DNA of 60,911 bases from a virus. Positions 16,530 to 24,778 of the stretch are shown piece by piece (the stretch's first letter is position 1; each line of letters starts with the position of its first letter). A model generated the notes under the pieces. It was not told the DNA's origin and did not search any database. It saw only the letters and a program-made list of their open reading frames with translations. A program made the translations under genes and the position numbers. The stretch covers positions 1 to 60,911 of the IMG/VR virus record IMGVR_UViG_3300037193_002766, one strand, 5' to 3'.

Positions 16530-17383
16530 ACCCCACGCCGGACGACAAGGCGAGGCTCGCGTCGACGCTCAAGAATCTCCGCGTCGACGCCGGACTCTCG
16601 ACGACCAGGCTCGCTGGCGTGTTGGGCTGGTCGCAGTCGAAGGTCTCGAAGACCGAGACAGGGCGCACCATGCCCGCGCCGGACGACGTGGCCGCGTGGT
16701 GCCGCCAGGTCAACGCGCCCGCCGGGGTGCGCGAGGAGCTGGTCGAGATCGCCGCAGCGGCCGCGGCTCAAGCCACGGAGTGGCGTCGCGAGCTGGCGCC
16801 CGGCCGTCGTCGCAAGCAGGACGACATCCGGCGCATGGAGCACAAGGCGTCGGTGATCCGGGTCTTCGCGCCGGACGTGGTCGTCGGTCTCGCGCAGACC
16901 AGGGCGTACGTGGAGAAGATGTTCCGGCTCGGCCGCAAGATCGGGCCTGTCGACGAACCGGCCGAGGATGTGATCAACGCACGTCTCGCACGCGCTGAGG
17001 TGCTCGACCGCACGGACAAGGTGTTCGTCCTGCTGATGGGCGAGTTCGCGCTTCGCCGGACCCTCATCCCCGCCGAGGAGATGCGGGCACAGATCCAGTG
17101 GCTGATCGAACTGTCACATCGGCCGAACATCGACGTCGAGGTCATCCCGTTCGCGGCCGAGGAGAAGGTGCACCAGTACAACGGGTTCGCGATCTTGGGT
17201 GACCCGGATGTCGACGATGAGGCGATCGTGCTCGCCGAGACTCTGACGCGCGGTCTGAGCATCCGTTCGAGTGAAGAGATCCGGGAGTACATCGAGCACT
17301 TCGACGCCCTTCGTGTCGCCGCTATTCGGGGCGATGAGCTGCGGGAATTCCTTCAGGAGGTCATCGACGGGCTCCCCAGGTGA
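16526..17383 (+). CDS. XRE-family HTH regulator with DUF5753 domain (WhiJ/Scr1-like)
   Basis: 285 aa, ATGA overlap with the upstream gene. HTH LSTTRLAGVLGWSQSKVSKTETG. DUF5753-like IRVFAPDVVVGLAQTRAY and FALRRTL. Confidence 0.8.
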   Translation: MNPTPDDKARLASTLKNLRVDAGLSTTRLAGVLGWSQSKVSKTETGRTMPAPDDVAAWCRQVNAPAGVREELVEIAAAAAAQATEWRRELAPGRRRKQDDIRRMEHKASVIRVFAPDVVVGLAQTRAYVEKMFRLGRKIGPVDEPAEDVINARLARAEVLDRTDKVFVLLMGEFALRRTLIPAEEMRAQIQWLIELSHRPNIDVEVIPFAAEEKVHQYNGFAILGDPDVDDEAIVLAETLTRGLSIRSSEEIREYIEHFDALRVAAIRGDELREFLQEVIDGLPR

Positions 17384-17484
17384 TTCCTCACGGCCTTGCC
17401 TAGTCTTGCTCTTCATTTGAAGTCGCGACTAACCTCGTTGGCGACATACGCGCCATAGCGAGCACGACGACCGAGGGAGAGCGG

Positions 17485-17712
17485 ATGAGCGGCCAGACAA
17501 CCTCAGGGCCGGCCGACGCCGAGCCCGTCTACACCCTCAAGGAGATCGCGCGGCCCTTGCGGGTGAGCACCGCCACCCTGCGGCGCCGGATCGCTTCAGG
17601 CGAGCTCGACGCGTTCCGGGTGGGACGCGGCCTGCGTGTCACCGAGTCGGCGCGCGACGCCTACTTCGAGCGGATCGGCTACAAGCCGCAGCGGGCGCAG
17701 GTGACGACGTGA
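17485..17712 (+). CDS. Excisionase-family (MerR-like) HTH DNA-binding protein
   Basis: 75 aa. YTLKEIARPLRVSTATLRRRIASGELDAFRVGRGLRV. RBS GAGGGAG. Confidence 0.7.
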   Translation: MSGQTTSGPADAEPVYTLKEIARPLRVSTATLRRRIASGELDAFRVGRGLRVTESARDAYFERIGYKPQRAQVTT

Positions 17713-18278
17713 CCATCACGGTGAACTGCGCGATCACCAGCGACGTCACCAGGCACCGCGCCTGGAACACCGGCAGCGGCAACGGCGAGGTGTGGCGCGT
17801 CTCCTGGAACCCCAGCCAGGCCTACACCCACGAGCAGGCCATCACCGCCATGTACATCGCCGAACTCGTCGGCAGCAACTACGCCAGCCCCCAGGACGGC
17901 ATCACCTCCCTGCCCGGCTGGGCGATCGAGCTCGGCCTGACCGCCAGCGACGCCGTGCGGCTCCTGCTCAACCACCAGTCCTGGGGCTACGCCGTCCGCC
18001 ACAGCACGCTGCCGTGGCAGCACAAGTCGCTCCTGCTGCTGCTCGGCACCTACCTGGACACCGACGGCACCTACCACCGCCCCGCCGCCAGCGAGATCTC
18101 GGACGTTGCCGGTCTCGGCGAGCAGGACACCGTCGATCTGCTCATGGAACTCGAAGCCGCGGGCTGGTTCTCCTGGCACACGGTCACCGGCACGGACGTC
18201 AACGGCCGATCGGCGCAGGACAGCTTTGCCCCCGTCCACACGGGACCCGCGCCTCCGCCACCCGCCGAGGCGATCTGA
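17709..18278 (+). CDS. Hypothetical protein (possible winged-helix C-terminal part)
   Basis: 189 aa, GTGA overlap with the upstream gene. Confidence 0.6.
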   Translation: MTITVNCAITSDVTRHRAWNTGSGNGEVWRVSWNPSQAYTHEQAITAMYIAELVGSNYASPQDGITSLPGWAIELGLTASDAVRLLLNHQSWGYAVRHSTLPWQHKSLLLLLGTYLDTDGTYHRPAASEISDVAGLGEQDTVDLLMELEAAGWFSWHTVTGTDVNGRSAQDSFAPVHTGPAPPPPAEAI

Positions 18279-18313
18279 CTACCCACTAGCCGACGAGCAC
18301 GAGGGGACACACC

Positions 18314-18508
18314 ATGCCGAACCTGGACGAGATCAGCGACGAGGAAGCCGAAGCCGGCGCGCTCACCGCCATGTGGGGACAGCTGGAGGCGTTCGCCGCC
18401 CGCTCCGGCCTGGACCTGCGGGCGGAAGTCCTTGAGGACCTCACGGACGAGGAATTCGCCGAGGCGCAGCGGACCGTCGCGTTCATGCGCGCAGGGTTCG
18501 AGGGGTAG
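18314..18508 (+). CDS. Hypothetical small acidic protein
   Basis: 64 aa, RBS GAGGGGA. Confidence 0.55.
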   Translation: MPNLDEISDEEAEAGALTAMWGQLEAFAARSGLDLRAEVLEDLTDEEFAEAQRTVAFMRAGFEG

Positions 18509-18512
18509 CGCC

Positions 18513-19016
18513 ATGCCGGTCACCGCTACCCAGGCCGCACAGCTCGCGCCCGGCTGGGAGACCACCTCGTACCACGAGGCCGGCCACGCCCTCGCGGCGC
18601 TCGAACTCGGCTTGCCGGTGCACCAGGTCAGCCTCCGCTACGAGCGCCGGTTCCTGCGATGGGCCGTGGTCGGGCAGACCGCGGTCGCACCGCCCGGTCA
18701 CACGATCGAGGTCGACGAGACCCGCGAACTGCTGTTCACCGTCGCGGGCATCGAGGCCGAGGCGCAGTGGCTCGTCTGGCGCGACAACATCGACTTCCCG
18801 CAGGAACGCCGCCTGGCCGAGTCGAACCCGGTGAACCAGGCCGGGGACATGGCCGAGATCGCAGCGTGCCTGCCCGCCGCCACCTTCACCTACGCCGAGG
18901 CCCAGCAGTGGGCGTTCAACCTGTTCGCCATCCACTGGCACACCGTCTCGACCATCGCCCAGCGGCTCCGCGACACCGGGCACATCACCGGCCGCCAGCT
19001 CGCCCACCTCGCCTGA
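18513..19016 (+). CDS. Stand-alone FtsH-like (M41-type) HEXXH metalloprotease domain
   Basis: 167 aa from ATG 18513. TSYHEAGHALAALELG matches the FtsH protease-domain signature. No AAA+ module. Confidence 0.65.
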   Translation: MPVTATQAAQLAPGWETTSYHEAGHALAALELGLPVHQVSLRYERRFLRWAVVGQTAVAPPGHTIEVDETRELLFTVAGIEAEAQWLVWRDNIDFPQERRLAESNPVNQAGDMAEIAACLPAATFTYAEAQQWAFNLFAIHWHTVSTIAQRLRDTGHITGRQLAHLA

Positions 19017-19033
19017 GCAAGGAGACCAGCGCC

Positions 19034-19237
19034 ATGCCCCGAACTCTGCCTTCCGAGTTCACCGCTGACGAACTCGACGCGATGCGCGACTGGCTCGACG
19101 ACGCCTGCCGTCAGTCCCTCGCCGACGAGGGCTTCACCGTTGACGACCTCGACGACGAGGACGTCCTGATCGGCATCAACACCCACCACATCGACGGCAT
19201 CCGGGGATTCCTCAACCTCTTCCACGACGAGGACTGA
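19034..19237 (+). CDS. Hypothetical small highly acidic protein
   Basis: 67 aa, RBS AAGGAGA, Asp/Glu-rich. Confidence 0.55.
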   Translation: MPRTLPSEFTADELDAMRDWLDDACRQSLADEGFTVDDLDDEDVLIGINTHHIDGIRGFLNLFHDED

Positions 19238-19264
19238 CCCAGCCCCGAGCAAGGAGACCCGCCT

Positions 19265-20149
19265 GTGAACACCGCCCAGCCTGTCAAGCCGCCCCGAGCA
19301 CCGGGCTTCTGGTGGGCCCTCGCCGGCTTCGGCCTGGGCTCCCTCGTCTCGGTCGGCTTCAACCTCCAGTCCGCCTGGCTCCCCGCCGCCGAACACGGAC
19401 CGAACTGGTCGCCGAGCCTCGCTTCCCAGGCCGCCGCCGTCGTGTGGCCGCTGACGCTCATCGTCAGCGTCGAGGTCCTCTCCCGCGTCACCTGGCCCGA
19501 CGGCAACGGCTGGAAGCTCGTCCGCTTCAGCGGCATCCTCGCCGTCGCCCTCGGCTCCGCAACCATCTCCTACGGCCACATCTACGAGGTCCTCATCGCC
19601 TGGGGCTACGACCGGCACCAGGCGATCGTCGGCCCGCTCGTCGTCGACGGCCTGATGCTCATCTCCGGCTTCGCCTTGGTCGCGCTCGGGAGGGCCGCCC
19701 GCGACGCGCTCCACGTCTCCCAGGAGGCCGTCGCCGAGCCTCCCGCAGTGCCCTCCCGCACCCCTGTCGTTCCTCGCCGCCCCGTCCCCTCAGGTGGCGA
19801 GGAACCCGCCGTCCCGGTCGCGTCCATCCCCCCGACCCCCGCGACCGGGACGGCACCTCAGGAGGCCTCCCAGCTTCGTCCTGAGGAGGCCTCCCAGGCG
19901 GCTCCCGAGGAGGCACGCGCCGCCCTCCATCTCGTGCAGACCAGGCGCGTCAGGAAGACCTCCCGGAAGACCTCCCGCACCGACGTCAGCAACGAGGACG
20001 TGTTCGCCGAGATCGCCTCCTACGCACGGGAGCACGACGGCGACCTCCCGACCGCGAACTGGCTGAAGAACAAGCTCACGATCGGCGCCTCCCGCGCCAA
20101 GAACCTCCTCACGGAGTACACGAACGACAAGCAGGAGGCCCTGGCATGA
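19265..20149 (+). CDS. DUF2637-like integral membrane protein
   Basis: 294 aa with 4 TM segments. ISYGHIYEVL...GPLVVDGLMLISGFALVAL fits DUF2637, a family typical of actinomycete conjugative elements. Confidence 0.7.
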   Translation: MNTAQPVKPPRAPGFWWALAGFGLGSLVSVGFNLQSAWLPAAEHGPNWSPSLASQAAAVVWPLTLIVSVEVLSRVTWPDGNGWKLVRFSGILAVALGSATISYGHIYEVLIAWGYDRHQAIVGPLVVDGLMLISGFALVALGRAARDALHVSQEAVAEPPAVPSRTPVVPRRPVPSGGEEPAVPVASIPPTPATGTAPQEASQLRPEEASQAAPEEARAALHLVQTRRVRKTSRKTSRTDVSNEDVFAEIASYAREHDGDLPTANWLKNKLTIGASRAKNLLTEYTNDKQEALA

Positions 20150-21849
20150 GCTGGCCCCCCGAAGGCTCGCAGCCGCCCAGCCCACCCCGCGTCACGCCCG
20201 CACCGCGGCCGCGTCCGGAGCGACCCTCACCGCCTGCCTCACCTGGTGAGGCGAAGGTGAAACCGCAGGCCAACACACCTGCGGCGCAGCCGCCGCAGTT
20301 CGGGCACGACGGCATCGACCCGCGCCGCGCCGCCCTGATCCTCGGCCTGCCGCTGCTCGCGATCGCAGGCACGCTGCTCTTCCTGTTCGCCTCGCCGCTG
20401 GTGTGGTGGATCGCCGTCGGCGTGGCCGTGGCGGGCGTGGCGGGAGGTGTGTTGCTGCGCCGCTCCGGGAGGGCGCGGGGTGCTCTCGGCCGTCTGCCCG
20501 GTGCCGGGAGGCTGTCGGCCGGGTTGCGGCGTGCCGCGAACGGGAGGTTCGCCCGGTCACCTCTCGGGAGGGTGGTCAACCGCGCGCTCGGGAGGCGACC
20601 GGCGGCCGCGTCAGGAGGCTCCTCGGGAGGGCCCGCGTCCCGACCGAAGGGGCTCGGCGGGAGGCTGCGGTCGATGCTCCCGTCGTGGGCGGGAGGCACC
20701 CGCGCGAAGCGTCCAGGAGGGCCGGGAGGCACCTCCTCGGGAGGCAAGCCGGGAGGCAAGCCGGGAGGCAAGCCGGGAGGCCGGCTGCGGTCGATGCTGT
20801 CCCGTCTCAAGCCGGGCGGGAGGCGTCCCGCTGGCTCCTCCGGCAGCCTGACGGGAGGCCGTTCCGGAAGGGCGGGAGCCGCCTCCCACGGCGGCTCGAA
20901 GCCGAAGCCTGGGAGCCTCCTCGGGAGGGCGTCCCGCACCGCCGGGAGGGCCGGTCGCGCGGTCGGGTCGAAGCTGTTCGGCATCCGCCGCCCCACCGCC
21001 CCGGCGGGCACGGGCGGCTCCAGCAAACCGAAGGGCAAAGGCAGGACTCCCGCCGGCGGCTCCGGCAACGGCTCGACGCTGGAGCTGGGCGTGGTGTGGA
21101 CCGGCGTCGGCAAGGCCGGCCGCCTACTCGGCCGCGGCCTGGGCGGCCTCGTCGGGCGGTTCCGGAACCGGAAGCACACCGACGAGGACACCGACGACTT
21201 CGATCCGGACTCGACCTACGAGATCGGCATCGAGGGTGAGGTCGTCAACGGCAAGCACACCGACAGCGAACTCGCTGAAATCGCGAAACAAGCGAAGAAG
21301 CTGGCCAAGAAGCGCGCGAAGAGCGCCCCGGTGTGGCCGAACGTCGACCTCGACACCCTCCCGCCCCCGCCTGCTCCCACGCCACCGCCTACTCCGCAGA
21401 ACTGGCCGGACTACGACGTCGACGACTACGCCCCCACGCCGGAGCAGCCGCCCAAGCAGTCGTTACCGGCCGAGCGGGACCACGACCCGCCGCCCTCACC
21501 ACCCGTCTCACCCACGCCTCACCGTGAGGCACCCCGCATCACCAGCACAAACGGAGGAAAAACGATGGCCGTCTCACCCACCAAGTACAACGACCTGATC
21601 ACCACCGCCACCAGCCGCACCCAGGGCTGGCAGGCCGCCGCCGACGCGTTCCGCCGCGACGCCACCGAGCTGGACGAGAAGGCGAAGGAGCACGACAACG
21701 CCGCCGCAGTGTTCGAGCAGGCCGGCAACCACGCGGCCGCCGAGGAACGGCGCGACGAGGCCCGCCAGCTTCGCGACGACGCCAACACGTGCCTCACCTA
21801 CGCCGGACGGATGCAGGAGAAGGCCAACAACGAGGTCTCCGCCGCCTGA
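20146..21849 (+). CDS. Membrane-anchored Pro/Gly/Arg-rich low-complexity protein (Spd-like by context)
   Basis: 567 aa, ATGA coupling. TM region GLPLLAIAGTLLFLFASPLVWWIAVGVAVAGVAGGVLL. GGKP x3 and a duplicated GGRLRSML motif. Coiled-coil-like C terminus. Confidence 0.6.
   Translation: MSWPPEGSQPPSPPRVTPAPRPRPERPSPPASPGEAKVKPQANTPAAQPPQFGHDGIDPRRAALILGLPLLAIAGTLLFLFASPLVWWIAVGVAVAGVAGGVLLRRSGRARGALGRLPGAGRLSAGLRRAANGRFARSPLGRVVNRALGRRPAAASGGSSGGPASRPKGLGGRLRSMLPSWAGGTRAKRPGGPGGTSSGGKPGGKPGGKPGGRLRSMLSRLKPGGRRPAGSSGSLTGGRSGRAGAASHGGSKPKPGSLLGRASRTAGRAGRAVGSKLFGIRRPTAPAGTGGSSKPKGKGRTPAGGSGNGSTLELGVVWTGVGKAGRLLGRGLGGLVGRFRNRKHTDEDTDDFDPDSTYEIGIEGEVVNGKHTDSELAEIAKQAKKLAKKRAKSAPVWPNVDLDTLPPPPAPTPPPTPQNWPDYDVDDYAPTPEQPPKQSLPAERDHDPPPSPPVSPTPHREAPRITSTNGGKTMAVSPTKYNDLITTATSRTQGWQAAADAFRRDATELDEKAKEHDNAAAVFEQAGNHAAAEERRDEARQLRDDANTCLTYAGRMQEKANNEVSAA
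20739..20782 (+). repeat. 12-bp tandem repeat gggaggcaagcc x3.6 (encodes GGKP repeats)
   Basis: Read directly in the sequence. Confidence 0.9.
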
Positions 21850-21851
21850 CG

Positions 21852-21881
21852 TCTCACCTCTCACCTCACCCCCGTCTCACC
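21852..21881 (+). repeat. Cluster of four CTCACC motifs upstream of the translocase gene
   Basis: tctcacctctcacctcacccccgtctcacc. Motif copies start at 21853, 21860, 21865 and 21876. Confidence 0.85.
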
Positions 21882-21905
21882 GCCCTGACCTGCAAGGAGG
21901 TCGTC

Positions 21906-23954
21906 GTGTCGCTCAAGTCCTTCACCATCCTCGCGGGTCTGGGCGTGACGGTGCTCGCCGCCGTCGTCCTCGCGCTGTTCCGCACGTACATGGAGGGGCC
22001 ACCGCTGTGGGCGATCGCGGCCGGCGGCCTCGGTGTGGTCGCGCTGGCCGCATGGTGGTGGCACGGCGAACTCGGCCGCGGCGCCAACTACGTCGAGTTC
22101 TCCAGCGAGGCCCGCCGCTGGATGGCCCGCATGATCACCGCTGCGGTGCTGGTGCACTGCGTGTGGCTCGTGTGGACCCTCGCCGACCTGGACTCGTGGA
22201 GGGCGCATGCGCTGCGGCTGATCGGATTGTCGCTGCTGGAGTGGGTGGTGGCGCTGGCGTGGGACCACCGCCTCACCCACCTCCTGCCGCAGGCCAAGCC
22301 CGCCGCCGAGGTCGAGGTGTACCGGCCGACGCTGGTCGCCAACAACGAGCCACGGCTGCAGCCCGCGGACGAGCGGATGCAGCTCATCCTGCAGCGAGGC
22401 GGCTGGCCGTATGTGCTGGTCACGAAGGTGTGGATGCTGCCGGACGGACACAAGGGGGCGACCTTCGAGTGCCGCGCGCTGTCCAAGAGCCTCGCATCCG
22501 AGCTCTCCGGCAAGGAGGTGAGCACGGTGAAGGCGATCGCGCCCGGCGACGAGGAAGACCTCGCGATTGCCGCCGAGGAAGAGCTGGGTGTGGACCTGGA
22601 GACCAGCTGGGTGCGCATTCAGCCGACCAGACGTCCCGGCCGGGTGCTGGTCACCATCGCCACCGAGGACATCTTCGCGAAGCCGCTCCCGTACCAGCTG
22701 GTCACCACGCTCGCGGACCCCGCCGAGCCGATCGTGCTCGGCTCCCAGGTCCACGGTGACCCTGCCGCGTTGAACGTTCGTCAGCACGGCGTGATCTGCG
22801 GTCCGACCGGATCCGGCAAGACCGGCCTGGTCAACGTGCTGTTCGCCGAGCTCACCCGCAGGCCAGGCCGGATCTTCGTCTGCGGCGTCGAGAAGATCTA
22901 CGACCTGGTCGGCCAATGGCTCGACGTCCACCTCGACACCGACAACGACCTGCCCATCACCGCGGTCGTCGGCATCGACGACACCCTGCAGCTGCTGGCC
23001 GAGGTGTACTACGAGGCCCGCCGCCGGCAGAACCTTGAGCACCACGAGCGCGCGAACCTGGAGCCCTGGTACATCGTCATCGAGGAAGCGCCTGCGGTCC
23101 TGAACAACAACGAACGCCAGATCGAGATCGAAGGCCGCAACTACAACGCATCAGCGCTGGTAGCGCACCTGGACCGCACGATCCTGTCGGTCGAGATGTA
23201 CATGAAGAAGCTGGCCCAGGAGTACGACAACGCGATGTTCGGCGACAGCGCGGCGTCGATCAAAGGCAACTCCGGCTACAAGATCCTCATGCGGTCGCAG
23301 TCCGGCGACGAGCGGTCCCGCGCGTTCGGCCGGGGCTACGCCGCGCTGCGCGACCTCAACCACCCCGGCGAGATGTACATCAAGGACAACGCCGACCCCT
23401 ACGCCGCGAAGTGCCGCTACATCAACGAGATGCACGCCAACAAGAAGCGCCTGCACGAGGGCGTTGACATCGCCACCGTGTCGCTCGCGCGATCTGCGCT
23501 GGTCAAAGCACGCGCCAAGGGGCCGTTGTCGCCGTGGATGGCGGCGTTGCCGACCCGCATGACCCGCAGTTACCGCGACTACCTGCAGGGCAAGTGCGCC
23601 CTGCCGATGGATGCGGGAACCAGCCGCATCGCGATCGAGGCCGTCGACGCCGGCACGCTGGTCGACAAGGCGATCGCCGATTTGGAGGCGCAGCTCGACG
23701 AGCGAGACGCGCGTCGCCTGCGCGTGGTCGACAACGAGCCCGCCAAGCCGCGGATGCGGGACTTCATCGCCACCACGCTGGCCGACAACACCGACGGGAT
23801 GACCACCGACGAGGTGCTGTCCGCGGTGCTCGCCGCCGGCTACGAGCAGGCGTCGAAGTCGAGCGTGGAGAACGCGTTGACCGCGCTGCGCGGCAAGGGC
23901 CGGATCCGGTCCGTCGACGGCCCCTCGGGCCGCCGCGTGCACCAGGCCGCCTAG
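21906..23954 (+). CDS. FtsK/SpoIIIE-family DNA translocase, TraB/TraSA-like
   Basis: 682 aa from GTG 21906 (RBS AAGGAGG). N-terminal TM segments. Walker A GPTGSGKTG and Walker B YIVIEEAP. C-terminal winged-helix-like tail. Confidence 0.8.
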   Translation: MSLKSFTILAGLGVTVLAAVVLALFRTYMEGPPLWAIAAGGLGVVALAAWWWHGELGRGANYVEFSSEARRWMARMITAAVLVHCVWLVWTLADLDSWRAHALRLIGLSLLEWVVALAWDHRLTHLLPQAKPAAEVEVYRPTLVANNEPRLQPADERMQLILQRGGWPYVLVTKVWMLPDGHKGATFECRALSKSLASELSGKEVSTVKAIAPGDEEDLAIAAEEELGVDLETSWVRIQPTRRPGRVLVTIATEDIFAKPLPYQLVTTLADPAEPIVLGSQVHGDPAALNVRQHGVICGPTGSGKTGLVNVLFAELTRRPGRIFVCGVEKIYDLVGQWLDVHLDTDNDLPITAVVGIDDTLQLLAEVYYEARRRQNLEHHERANLEPWYIVIEEAPAVLNNNERQIEIEGRNYNASALVAHLDRTILSVEMYMKKLAQEYDNAMFGDSAASIKGNSGYKILMRSQSGDERSRAFGRGYAALRDLNHPGEMYIKDNADPYAAKCRYINEMHANKKRLHEGVDIATVSLARSALVKARAKGPLSPWMAALPTRMTRSYRDYLQGKCALPMDAGTSRIAIEAVDAGTLVDKAIADLEAQLDERDARRLRVVDNEPAKPRMRDFIATTLADNTDGMTTDEVLSAVLAAGYEQASKSSVENALTALRGKGRIRSVDGPSGRRVHQAA

Positions 23955-23955
23955 C

Positions 23956-24046
23956 TCTCACCTCACCTCTCACCTCACCACCCGCACACGCTCATGTGTG
24001 CAGGTAGGGACGTGTGTCCGAGGGTGAGGTGAGAGGTGAGGTGAGA
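23956..24046. repeat. Perfect 24-bp inverted repeat built from CTCACC units (43-nt spacer)
   Basis: tctcacctcacctctcacctcacc at 23956-23979 is the exact reverse complement of 24023-24046. The spacer holds a GCACAC/GTGTGC mini-hairpin. Starts 2 nt after the translocase stop. Confidence 0.9.
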
Positions 24047-24074
24047 CGCCCAACCCAACCAGAAGGAGCACCCC

Positions 24075-24359
24075 ATGTACGACACCGACCAACGCGAACT
24101 GACCGAGGTCGAGCAGGCGGTGTACCTGACCTACCTGCAGCTCTCCGAATGCCCGCAAGACTGGATCCGGATCGCCCGCATCCACGAGCACCTCGACTAC
24201 CACCCCGACGACATCAGCGACGCCATCGTCTCCCTCGTCCACAACGGCGACGCCCACATCGCACCCGAGTCGAACACGAAGGTCCTCACCGCCGAAGACC
24301 ACGCCGCGGCGATCCGGGAAGGCAGCGAAGCCTGCCACCTGATCCTGTTCGAGGACTGA
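24075..24359 (+). CDS. Hypothetical protein
   Basis: 94 aa, RBS GAAGGAG. Confidence 0.6.
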   Translation: MYDTDQRELTEVEQAVYLTYLQLSECPQDWIRIARIHEHLDYHPDDISDAIVSLVHNGDAHIAPESNTKVLTAEDHAAAIREGSEACHLILFED

Positions 24360-24361
24360 CG

Positions 24362-24700
24362 ATGATCACCGCCAGAGCACTCCGACGCCATCTGACTGCG
24401 CTCGGCAAGGAACTAGCCGACAACTGCTACTGCGAAGACCTGAACTGCGAATCGGACCTGTACCACCCCTACGAAGGCACCGGCCTCGGCGTCCCCCCAT
24501 ACGGCCTGACGCTCGTCACCCCCGACGGGAAACTCGACGAGGCCCGCAACAAGGAGTACATCGCGTACTGGTGGGGCAAGAGCGCGCACCTGGACGAGGT
24601 CCAGGATCAGATCGACGTGCTGGATGACTGGGCTGAGATCCTCTGCGTGATCGAACATCGCACCGGCAGGTTCTGGCGTGGTACCGACTTCGCTGGTTGA
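24362..24700 (+). CDS. Hypothetical protein
   Basis: 112 aa from ATG 24362. The ORF-track N-terminal extension reads through the inverted repeat and is discarded. Confidence 0.55.
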   Translation: MITARALRRHLTALGKELADNCYCEDLNCESDLYHPYEGTGLGVPPYGLTLVTPDGKLDEARNKEYIAYWWGKSAHLDEVQDQIDVLDDWAEILCVIEHRTGRFWRGTDFAG

Positions 24701-24705
24701 TCCCC

Positions 24706-24746
24706 GTAGGTGTTGCCTGCCGGGGCAGGCAACGGACAACACCTAC
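24706..24746. terminator. Interrupted GC-rich hairpin after the 24362 gene
   Basis: gtaggtgttgcctgcc / ggcaggcaac...caacacctac. Confidence 0.5.
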
Positions 24747-24778
24747 CCGCTGGTGTCCGCTGCGGTGAGGCTGGACTC

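Noticed and set aside
17820-17826. Isolated GCCTACA/TGTAGGC matches inside coding regions (for example 17820 and 44419)
   Set aside because: These are single copies embedded in Ala-Tyr-type codon strings, without the 11-bp phased partners seen at the intergenic sites. They are probably chance occurrences.
24014-24361. N-terminal part of ORF 24014-24700 (MSEGEVRGEVR...)
   Set aside because: It is generated by reading through the GGTGAG inverted repeat and overlaps the well-supported 24075-24359 gene. The ATG at 24362 gives a coherent protein.
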